Source: Candidatus Korarchaeum cryptofilum OPF8 (GTDB lineage Archaea > Korarchaeota > Korarchaeia > Korarchaeales > Korarchaeaceae). Taken from it: DNA of 32,000 bases. The stretch covers positions 30,001-62,000 of the forward strand of contig NC_010482.1 in the NCBI RefSeq assembly GCF_000019605.1. The letters are read 5' to 3'. Below, piece by piece: positions 25,015-32,000 of this stretch (position 1 is its first letter; each line of letters opens with the position of its first letter). A model generated the notes under the pieces. That model searched no databases. It was not told the DNA's origin and saw only the letters and a program-made list of their open reading frames with translations. The position numbers and the translations under genes were made by a program.

Positions 25015-26736
25015 ATGGTAGTCGAGTTGCCCAAGCCCCAGTTCTTCGAGGTAGCTGGGAAGGAAATATATATCGGGGGGCCCAGGCCCCAGCTAAGGGA
25101 GTCGGAGAAGCTCGTCAGACATACATCTTCGATATGTCCCGAGTGCTACAGGATACTCCCGGCCATCTTAGTGGAGAGGGATGGTGCTATATACATAAGG
25201 AAGGTCTGCCCAGAGCACGGTGAGTATGAGGACCTCTACTGGGGGGATTCGGAGCTATTCAGGAAGGCTATGAGATTTGAGGTCAAGGGGAGAGGGATAT
25301 ACCCGCCGCACACGAGCCTTAAAGCGCCTTGCCCTTTCTCCTGCGGTATATGTGAGGCTCACTGGAACACTACGGCCTTAGCCAACTTGGTGGTTACTAA
25401 CAGGTGCAACATGGATTGTTGGTATTGCTTCTTCTACGCTGAGAGAATGGGATACGTCTACGAGCCCAGCCTAGAGGAGATAGATAGGATGGTCGATCTC
25501 ATGCTGAAGGAGAAGCCAGCGCACGGTAATGCCGTTCAGATAACTGGCGGCGAGCCCCTGCTCAGGGACGATATAGTAGAGATAGTGAAGCTGCTCAAGA
25601 GGAAGGGAGTTACGCATATTCAGTTGAATACTGAGGGAGTGGCGTTCCTAGAGAAACCTTGGCTCATGAAGGAACTCAGGGAAGCTGGAGTCAATACTAT
25701 TTACTTCAGTTTCGATGGGGTCACGCCTATAGCCAATCCGAAGACGCATTGGGAGACTCCCTACATACTGGATCTCGCTAGGAAGTCCTCAATGACTAGC
25801 TTAGTGCTCGTCCCGACAGTGATAAAGGGAATAAATGATAGGGAAGTCGGGGATATAGTGAAATTCGCAGCTTATAATATCGATGTGGTGAGGGGGGTCA
25901 ACTTCCAGCCGGTCTCCCTCACGGGGAAGATGCCGAGGGATCAGAGGGATAAATACAGGATAACGATACCAGACGTCATAAAGAGGATAGAGGAGCAGAC
26001 AGATGGACAGATATCAAGGGATTCTTGGTATCCAGTTCCATTCACAGTCCCAATAAGCCAGTTCGTTGAGGCAATAACTGGGAAGCCCAAGTTGATGCTC
26101 ACAAACCATCCAGCTTGCGGGATGGCGACCTACGTTTTCCCGGTATTCGAGAATGTGGATGGGAGGAGGGAAGTGAGGTTCATACCCATAACTGATTTCG
26201 TGGATGTGGAGGGCTTCTACGAATTCCTCTCGGAGAAGACTAGGGAGATAATGGAGGGAGGGAATAGGCTCCTAGTCCTCCTGAAAGTCGTATCGAAGTT
26301 GAGTAGCTTTATAGAGAGGGAGAAACAGCCTCCAGGTCTCGATCTCATAAAAATCCTCAGGAGGATACTGATCAGGAGGAACTATGAGGCCCTAGGGGAA
26401 TTCCATTATAAGGCCTTATTCTTGGGGATGATGCACTTCATGGACCTCTACAACTACGATATCCAGAGGGTGATAAGGTGCGATATACATTACTTCTCCC
26501 CCGACGGGAGGATGATACCCTTCTGCACGTATAATGTGATCTCAGATATATACAGGGATAAGGTCCTCAGGGAGCATTCTATGAGCTTCGAGGAGTACGA
26601 GAGGAAATATGGATCGGGTAAAGTGGGTCCATCGATGAAGTACAAGAGGGATATAAAGAAGCTGGAATCATCCGAGCTATATTTGAAGACATATGAGCCG
26701 TTCATGGATAAAATTAAGTTCAAGAAGGGCGGCTGA
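25015..26736 (+). CDS. tes: Radical SAM tetraether lipid synthase homologue (Tes / GDGT-MAS family, COG1964)
   Basis: Three elements are present: an N-terminal zinc/iron ribbon (SICPECYRILPAILVERDGAIYIRKVCPEHG), an auxiliary-cluster motif (CPFSCGICEAH), and a radical SAM motif (VTNRCNMDCWYC, CX3CX2C) with ITGGEPL. The 573-aa architecture fits the family as I recall it. Confidence 0.72.
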   Translation: MVVELPKPQFFEVAGKEIYIGGPRPQLRESEKLVRHTSSICPECYRILPAILVERDGAIYIRKVCPEHGEYEDLYWGDSELFRKAMRFEVKGRGIYPPHTSLKAPCPFSCGICEAHWNTTALANLVVTNRCNMDCWYCFFYAERMGYVYEPSLEEIDRMVDLMLKEKPAHGNAVQITGGEPLLRDDIVEIVKLLKRKGVTHIQLNTEGVAFLEKPWLMKELREAGVNTIYFSFDGVTPIANPKTHWETPYILDLARKSSMTSLVLVPTVIKGINDREVGDIVKFAAYNIDVVRGVNFQPVSLTGKMPRDQRDKYRITIPDVIKRIEEQTDGQISRDSWYPVPFTVPISQFVEAITGKPKLMLTNHPACGMATYVFPVFENVDGRREVRFIPITDFVDVEGFYEFLSEKTREIMEGGNRLLVLLKVVSKLSSFIEREKQPPGLDLIKILRRILIRRNYEALGEFHYKALFLGMMHFMDLYNYDIQRVIRCDIHYFSPDGRMIPFCTYNVISDIYRDKVLREHSMSFEEYERKYGSGKVGPSMKYKRDIKKLESSELYLKTYEPFMDKIKFKKGG

Positions 26737-27888
26737 ATGATTTACGATGCTGCCATTATAGGAGCCGGCCCCGCTGGATCAGCCGCATCCTTTTTCCTAT
26801 CCCAAAGGGGATATAAGGTAATAGTGATCGAGAGGAGCAGGAAAGCCAGCAGTATCTGCGGGGAGTACGTCCCTGATCCCAGCTCGCTCGGGATCGAAGG
26901 GGAAGTGGGCTCAAGCTACTCTGAATTCTTCAAACCCTTCGTAGTGAATGAACTGAGGAGAATATCCTTCAAAATATTTGGAAGATCCTTCAAAGTCGAT
27001 TACTTAGGATATTCGATAAAGAGGAGTGAGATGGTTGAGGATAGGCTCGAAAGAGCTCAAGACCTCGGAGCCGATGTCAGGCTAGGGGAGAGCTTCATAA
27101 CGCTTGAGAGGGAAGAAGTATATAAAATTTTAACGAGTAAAGGCGAGTATTTTGCAAGATATGTCATAGGAGCGGATGGATTCCTGAGCAGAATTTCAAG
27201 ATTTCTGAATGGAGAGAAGGTAGATCTGGATGATGTCAGCATCGCCTTTCCCATAGAGGCCGAGCTGAAGGTAGAGGATCCGAGTGAGATGAAGCTGATA
27301 TTCGATGAGGAAGTAGCGCCTGGAGCCTATGCATGGATAATCCCCAGGGGGGATTCGAGGGCGAATGTAGGCTTAGGGATAAGGTGCAGCATGATTACGA
27401 TGAACCCTCTAGATTATATGAGAAAATTCCTCTCAATTTTGGGAATTGAAGCTCGGGATCTCAGGGGTAGATTCGTCCCAGTCGGTGGATTGGTCAAGAG
27501 AGTGGCTGAGGACGGTATATTCCTCCTGGGAGATGCGGCAGGCATGGTGATACCATCCAATGGAGGGGGGATCCATAATGCCATAATATCAGCTTATCTG
27601 CTCTCTAAATCCCTCGAAAGCGAACTTCCAGAGGAGAAGTACACTTCCTATGTCAATAGGTACATAAGAGGGGATTTAGAGGCCGGTCTTACCTACAGGA
27701 GAGCTGCTGACGTCCTTCTCAGGCTCGGAATTCTTAAGAAGATGATAGGTCTTCTCCCAAGATCCATGGCTTCCGAGGCCATAACTGGAAGGAGAGGGAA
27801 GTATTACCCCCTCCTCAAAATAGTCTCTTACCTTTACCCCCTATCCAAGGGCAGAGGCGGAAGCCGTTCAGCCTGTAGATTGGCGTAG
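26737..27888 (+). CDS. Geranylgeranyl reductase family FAD-dependent oxidoreductase (digeranylgeranylglycerophospholipid reductase candidate)
   Basis: The FAD motif is YDAAIIGAGPAGSAAS. A conserved Cys segment (SICGEYVP), PVGG and LLGDAAGMVIPSNGGGI are also present. The ATG immediately follows the tes stop. Confidence 0.85.
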   Translation: MIYDAAIIGAGPAGSAASFFLSQRGYKVIVIERSRKASSICGEYVPDPSSLGIEGEVGSSYSEFFKPFVVNELRRISFKIFGRSFKVDYLGYSIKRSEMVEDRLERAQDLGADVRLGESFITLEREEVYKILTSKGEYFARYVIGADGFLSRISRFLNGEKVDLDDVSIAFPIEAELKVEDPSEMKLIFDEEVAPGAYAWIIPRGDSRANVGLGIRCSMITMNPLDYMRKFLSILGIEARDLRGRFVPVGGLVKRVAEDGIFLLGDAAGMVIPSNGGGIHNAIISAYLLSKSLESELPEEKYTSYVNRYIRGDLEAGLTYRRAADVLLRLGILKKMIGLLPRSMASEAITGRRGKYYPLLKIVSYLYPLSKGRGGSRSACRLA

Positions 27889-28879
27889 CACAGCTATCGC
27901 ATTCTAAGACAGTATCGAACTCATCGGAGAACTGAGAAGCCTCATGCGTTGACAATATGAAACATCCTGACTTTGAAAGGGAGGATATGATCCATTTAAT
28001 CTCATCTCTTACCTTTCCATGCAATCTCTCATCCGTTATTGGGCTTAGGAGCGGGGAAATCACTAGGAAATCCCTATCATCATAAGCTAAGCATTGTAAG
28101 AGGACCATGAGGGAAATTGCATTCTTTCCCCTCGCATTCAGCTTTGATAAGTCTATTATGAGCGCCCCTCCGGGCTTCGGGAGCGCTTCATCTATCCTTA
28201 CATGCTCCTCCGATAATGGGAGGAGGATATCATCAACAGAGCTCCTGATGTCCCTCTTCCTAATGACATTGAGGATCGCGGACTGATCGACCCCGAAATA
28301 GGAGAGGAGTTCGGAGAGCGTCAGATCATAGGATGATCCGAGGATCCCCTTATATCCCAACCAGATATCTGATGGGCTCGCAATTCTATGCTCAATATCT
28401 CTGAACCTCTTCGAGGCCTCACCGCTCCAATCAACGAGGATTACTCTCCTCCTCTTAGATATCTCGATGGCTAGAGAGGTGGCCAGAGAGCTCATAATCC
28501 TTACAGACTTACAGATCACTAGATTAGATCCATACGAGGCACTCAAGAGGTCCATCCCTTTAGCTGGGGCTCGATAGGCCTCACTTCTCCGCTTAATCCT
28601 GAAGGGGATGAGAGTCAGCATTAAAATTGGCGGAAAAAAGAAGGAAAGCACGAAGAATATTGGGAAAAAGCTCCTCCTATTTTTCCCGATGATTAGGGCA
28701 AGGTACATAAGGAGGCCGGCTAGAGAGATGCCATAAACCCTCTTCGGATCCGGTATTAAGATCCCCCTGGAGGTCTCAGCTAATATGGAGAGGGTAGCCA
28801 CTAGGATCAGTATGCTGAATGAAATCCTCCTCAGATTCTCATTCAAATTTTCAATTCTTCTGAAGGTTCTCTCTAGCAT
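27815..28879 (-). CDS. Membrane-anchored HerA/FtsK-like protein with degenerate nucleotide-binding motifs (predicted pseudo-ATPase)
   Basis: There are about 3 N-terminal TM helices. The cytosolic part aligns by eye with the bona fide HerA in this window at three places. NLVICKSVRIMSSLATSLAIEISKRRRVILVDWSGEA aligns with HLAILAVTGAGKSNTVAVILEEILRLGGVALLFDVHSEY. LIIDLSKLN aligns with LVVVDLGQLD. FLVISPLLSPIT aligns with VLSVIEEAHILVP. Confidence 0.5.
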   Translation of the reverse strand: MLERTFRRIENLNENLRRISFSILILVATLSILAETSRGILIPDPKRVYGISLAGLLMYLALIIGKNRRSFFPIFFVLSFFFPPILMLTLIPFRIKRRSEAYRAPAKGMDLLSASYGSNLVICKSVRIMSSLATSLAIEISKRRRVILVDWSGEASKRFRDIEHRIASPSDIWLGYKGILGSSYDLTLSELLSYFGVDQSAILNVIRKRDIRSSVDDILLPLSEEHVRIDEALPKPGGALIIDLSKLNARGKNAISLMVLLQCLAYDDRDFLVISPLLSPITDERLHGKVRDEIKWIISSLSKSGCFILSTHEASQFSDEFDTVLECDSCATPIYRLNGFRLCPWIGGKGKRLF

Positions 28880-30455
28880 ATTCGAGAAATACCCTCGCCT
28901 CAGCCCTCCATATCAATCTAGCTTGATGCTGCGCCTCACTCTCACCTAATATGAAGTCCGCTCCGAGCTTAATCAGGGAGCTCAGTAGATCCACTGAGGG
29001 CAGGGATTCGCCTAGATCGATCATAATGGATCCGAAGCTATCCTTCAGGATTCTCAAGAATTTTCCGGAAATTTTATCTATAATATCAATAGGGACCACT
29101 GCTCCTGAGAATACCCCAGATATACCGGGGAGGAAGATCGTTCCAGGATCCTTTAAATATAGAATTAGCTTTATGCCCGGATTAAATGCTATCATTCTCT
29201 TAGCAACTTCAATAGCTGATGAGATATTCGAAGGCCTCAAGATTATCGATTGAACTCCGCATCTCTCTAAAACTTCTCCCCTCAATTCCTCTGACTCGTC
29301 GATCAATAGTATTATGTTTGAACAATCGACTTCCCCACTAGTTACATGCTCCTGCGTTAATACGAATCCATCAACTCCAAATATCGCACTAGGGCCAAAT
29401 AGATATACCCTTGAGCCAATGGGTGGGAATTCCATCTCCCTAATAACTTGAGGGATCTTTTGCTTCCTCCTCTCGGTGACCACTTCCACTGCCCTCGATT
29501 GAATCATATCGATAACCTTCTTCTCCAAAGATTTTATTTTTGGTTTCTCGGATTCCCTGTATGCCTGAATAATGAATATCTCATTTGTACCTTCCTGAAT
29601 GATCCACTCCATCACGTTAGGCGTTCCGAAGATCGGTGAGAGGTCAAGGGAGATATTAGCTATCCTCAAGACCTCTTCCTTTGATATAGAGGGCATTAAC
29701 CATAGATCAGTCTCCAAATCGAACTCCTTAAGCCCCTTATCAGTCGGCAGTAACTTCGTCTTCTTCTCATTTATCTCGCTCTCAATTATCTCCCTGAGGT
29801 CTATCCCCACTCTGAACTTATCGGAGGGTCTCTCATCGAAGGAACCCCATGTGGACCTTATCACTATCTCATTCCTCCTGGCCGGGCAGCAAACAGCTAC
29901 GCCTGATGACCTGGGGACAATGGCCTCCTGTATCATCAGGGCCAGGGAGAGATCCTCCGGATAAGAGCCCAGATCATAGATCCTAGCGAGTGTCCTCAAG
30001 TTAAAGGATTCAGATAAAACTTTTTGAATAGCTCTCAAGATTTCCTTCCTCTCAGGCTTGAAATACCATATCTGCATCCTGCCCTTGAGATCCCCCTCTG
30101 ATATGCCCTGAGAGAAGGGGGAGGGGCGTATTATAGCTAAGTCCCTTATCCTCCCATCGATCGCTCTCATAAGTTCCTCGATCAATTCCTCGGGTATCTG
30201 AACTGATGAGAGGGAGGACTTGAGCTCCCTCTCCATCTCCAAGAGGTAGTTCCAATCCTCCGAGATCAGAGATCTGGAGAGTTCAAATATCTCGTGCCTC
30301 AGGCCCTCCATCAGGATCTTGGAAACCTCTGTGGATGGGATCAAGAATGTCTCGGGGACCTTCAGTCCCTCAGATAATACTTTCGCCAAGTTCCAGGCTT
30401 TAGAACCGACTTCCTCCTCCGATCTGAGCGGGACTTCTCTCAACGATAGGATCAT
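28851..30455 (-). CDS. PEP-utilizing-enzyme-like protein: PPDK_N ATP-grasp nucleotide-binding domain plus a C-terminal region, with no recognisable phosphohistidine swivel domain
   Basis: The N-terminus (EVGSKAWNLAKVLSEGLKVPETFLIP, AIIRPSP, LALMIQEAIVPRSSGVAV) follows the PPDK_N/PEP synthase pattern (vGGKganL..g..VP.gf; AVRSSA; vvvQ.mv...sGV). No GGxTSHAAI-type motif is present. ATG is preceded by GGAGGTGA. Confidence 0.6.
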   Translation of the reverse strand: MILSLREVPLRSEEEVGSKAWNLAKVLSEGLKVPETFLIPSTEVSKILMEGLRHEIFELSRSLISEDWNYLLEMERELKSSLSSVQIPEELIEELMRAIDGRIRDLAIIRPSPFSQGISEGDLKGRMQIWYFKPERKEILRAIQKVLSESFNLRTLARIYDLGSYPEDLSLALMIQEAIVPRSSGVAVCCPARRNEIVIRSTWGSFDERPSDKFRVGIDLREIIESEINEKKTKLLPTDKGLKEFDLETDLWLMPSISKEEVLRIANISLDLSPIFGTPNVMEWIIQEGTNEIFIIQAYRESEKPKIKSLEKKVIDMIQSRAVEVVTERRKQKIPQVIREMEFPPIGSRVYLFGPSAIFGVDGFVLTQEHVTSGEVDCSNIILLIDESEELRGEVLERCGVQSIILRPSNISSAIEVAKRMIAFNPGIKLILYLKDPGTIFLPGISGVFSGAVVPIDIIDKISGKFLRILKDSFGSIMIDLGESLPSVDLLSSLIKLGADFILGESEAQHQARLIWRAEARVFLEYARENLQKN

Positions 30456-31225
30456 TCGATCACCTCCAATGAGATCTCATAATTCAAATCAGCATTCAAT
30501 AGTTCTGCAGCGCTCCCCTTAGCGATAGAAACCTCAAGTAAATCGCTACTCCCCCTTATGAGGAGGAGCCCCCTGTACTCATAGTTAGGGGATACTCTAG
30601 CTCTCCCATAGGAATCGCCCACTCTCACAATAGCCTCTTCAAATCTCACATAGCTCCAGGGTATGTTAGTCACTATATTACCGAATCGGTCTACGTTCCT
30701 AACTTCGCCTACGATCCTTCTCCCCTCAGCCCTGATCCTCCATAAGTCGAGGATCTCCAGGGACTTCTTCTCAAAACCCAGTTCGTCCATTGATTTACCG
30801 CAGGCTAGCATAGCAGCTATAGGAGCGAACACATCTCTACCATCGAATGTCCCGGTCCTCCTCTCAGCTAGTCCAGTGCTCCTTAGATCTATCTTATAAG
30901 CCTCATAAGACCCTATGCTTTGGACGGCTGGCCAAAACAAGCCATTATCAGGCCCTACGAAAGTGAATTGTCCCGACCTTATCATCACCGGATCCCTAGA
31001 AGTCCCGACTCCCGGATCCACTACTCCAACTATTATCGAATTTTTCTCGAGCCATTTCAAGCTCTGCCAGAGTAGAAATGCTCCATGCCTCACATCGAAC
31101 TTCCTGACTTCATGAGTCAGGTCGATTATCTCGGCCCTCTGGCAGATAGATTTTATCACGCCCTTAAGAGCTCCTACATAGTAGTCCTGATACCCGAAAT
31201 CGGTAAGTAGGTATAGAGTGACCAT
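30452..31225 (-). CDS. SAM hydroxide adenosyltransferase (DUF62; chlorinase/fluorinase-like family)
   Basis: MVTLYLLTDFGYQDYYVGALKGVIKSI...IDLTHEV...FDVRHGAF, VVDPGVG and PDNGL are family hallmarks. ATG 31225 is preceded by GGAGGTGA. The track's GTG 31243 is probably too far upstream. Confidence 0.85.
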   Translation of the reverse strand: MVTLYLLTDFGYQDYYVGALKGVIKSICQRAEIIDLTHEVRKFDVRHGAFLLWQSLKWLEKNSIIVGVVDPGVGTSRDPVMIRSGQFTFVGPDNGLFWPAVQSIGSYEAYKIDLRSTGLAERRTGTFDGRDVFAPIAAMLACGKSMDELGFEKKSLEILDLWRIRAEGRRIVGEVRNVDRFGNIVTNIPWSYVRFEEAIVRVGDSYGRARVSPNYEYRGLLLIRGSSDLLEVSIAKGSAAELLNADLNYEISLEVIE

Positions 31226-31275
31226 CGGAAGTTCACCTCCCACTATTTTTTAATATTGTCGTTACAGGGTATCCT

Positions 31276-31476
31276 GTGAAGTTGAAGGGCTTACTTTTCG
31301 GCTTGGGTGGAATCGCTCTACTGACGACTTCGTTCTTAGTCTTAATAGTAGATGAGAGGAGCTTAATCCAGATCCTGAGGGTATTAAGTTCGATAGGGCT
31401 GTTGATAATCTCATCCTTAATGCTGATAATAGCTTGGAAGCTGCTAACTATGAGACCGGCTCCTCCAGCCTCCTGA
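31276..31476 (+). CDS. Possible small two-TM membrane protein
   Basis: This is a 66-aa ORF with a GTG start and two hydrophobic helices. There is no other support. Confidence 0.3.
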   Translation: MKLKGLLFGLGGIALLTTSFLVLIVDERSLIQILRVLSSIGLLIISSLMLIIAWKLLTMRPAPPAS

Positions 31477-31481
31477 GAGTC

Positions 31482-32000
31482 TCACTGGCCCGAGAGTTTC
31501 ACTACGTGCATATCCCCATATATGGGCCCCCTGGGAGTCAGTGTGCTCTTCTTCAGCTTCACCTCCCTGACATCAATATAGCCGATCTCTATATCCGAAA
31601 GTTTCCTTATGATCTCTGGCAGATTCCCTATCGGACCCTTAACCCTCGCTATCGTCAGATGGGGCTCTATTCCCTTCTCCCTCTGGAATCCCATCTTGGA
31701 GAGGGCTCTATCGAGTTCACTAGCCACTCTCACGAAGGCCTCTCTTCCCTCCTCAGCTCCAATCCAAACTACATTTGGTCTATTTATCGTTGGAAATGCG
31801 CCAATTCCCTTTAATTTCATCCTAAATTGTGAGAATTTTTTCAAAATATCATCCATAATACTCATTACTTGAGTTAGCCTATCCTCCTCTACCTCCCCGA
31901 GGAACTTAAGGGTGAGGTGCAGATTCTCCCTCTCCACGGGCTTGAGTTTCGCCGAAGAAGAGCATATTTCCTCTTGTATGCTCAATATCTTCGAGATAAC
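31482..32000 (-). CDS. ligT: RNA 2',3'-cyclic phosphodiesterase / 2'-5' RNA ligase (LigT, 2H phosphoesterase), N-terminus beyond the window
   Basis: Two HxT motifs are present (HLTLKFLG and HLTIARV). The frame stays open upstream of the track's TTG to the window edge (VISKI...). Confidence 0.8.
   Translation of the reverse strand, partial: VISKILSIQEEICSSSAKLKPVERENLHLTLKFLGEVEEDRLTQVMSIMDDILKKFSQFRMKLKGIGAFPTINRPNVVWIGAEEGREAFVRVASELDRALSKMGFQREKGIEPHLTIARVKGPIGNLPEIIRKLSDIEIGYIDVREVKLKKSTLTPRGPIYGDMHVVKLSGQ

Noticed and set aside
27818-27850. GGKGKR at the extreme C-terminus of the 354-aa protein as a cryptic P-loop
   Set aside because: It does not fit GxxxxGK[ST]. It lies in the last 10 residues, within the antisense overlap with the GGR gene, far from where the HerA-type Walker A aligns.
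31434-31872. Plus-strand ORFs 31434..31814 and 31609..31872
   Set aside because: They are antisense to the ligT gene, which has both HxT motifs, and their translations have no recognisable features.
1-32000. CRISPR arrays, rRNA genes, inteins, large tandem repeats
   Set aside because: I saw no periodic 25-40-nt repeats and no rRNA-like GC-rich non-coding blocks. No host protein has an interrupting Hint/LAGLIDADG-type insertion. The only structured RNA recognised is tRNA-Arg.

Overview
This is a densely packed archaeal chromosomal segment. Archaeal markers include a histone, a nurA-herA-mre11-rad50 operon, ribosomal protein S25e, an aCPSF2-type beta-CASP nuclease, archaeal-type DtdA, an Ard1 acetyltransferase, and a tetraether-lipid-synthase homologue fused in an operon with a geranylgeranyl reductase. 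GGAGGTGA-like Shine-Dalgarno sites are mixed with leaderless-looking starts about 25-30 nt from TATA boxes. I can support about 39 protein genes and one tRNA-Arg(TCG). I saw no rRNA, CRISPR array, transposase or integrase. Genes often overlap, through ATGA junctions, unusually frequent TTGA junctions, and several convergent 3' overlaps. Five things look most worth follow-up. (1) A translationally coupled three-gene operon at 27.8-31.2 kb encodes a DUF62 SAM hydroxide adenosyltransferase, a PEP-utilizer-like protein that appears to lack the phosphohistidine swivel domain, and a membrane-anchored HerA-like protein with degenerate Walker A and B motifs. (2) A 770-bp ORF-free island at 17.4-18.2 kb contains an extremely AT-rich tract flanked by ORB-like dyads, which makes it a candidate replication origin with no orc1/cdc6 gene in view. 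(3) An AdoMetDC-fold protein lacks the pyruvoyl-forming serine. (4) A cysteine-less TusA-like protein sits in an ard1/tusA-like/ahcY/radical-SAM operon whose radical SAM member has a CX5CX2C cluster motif. (5) PspA is coupled to a membrane-anchored winged-helix protein. All functional calls come from by-eye motif and family recognition on the supplied translations. No database search or computation was run.
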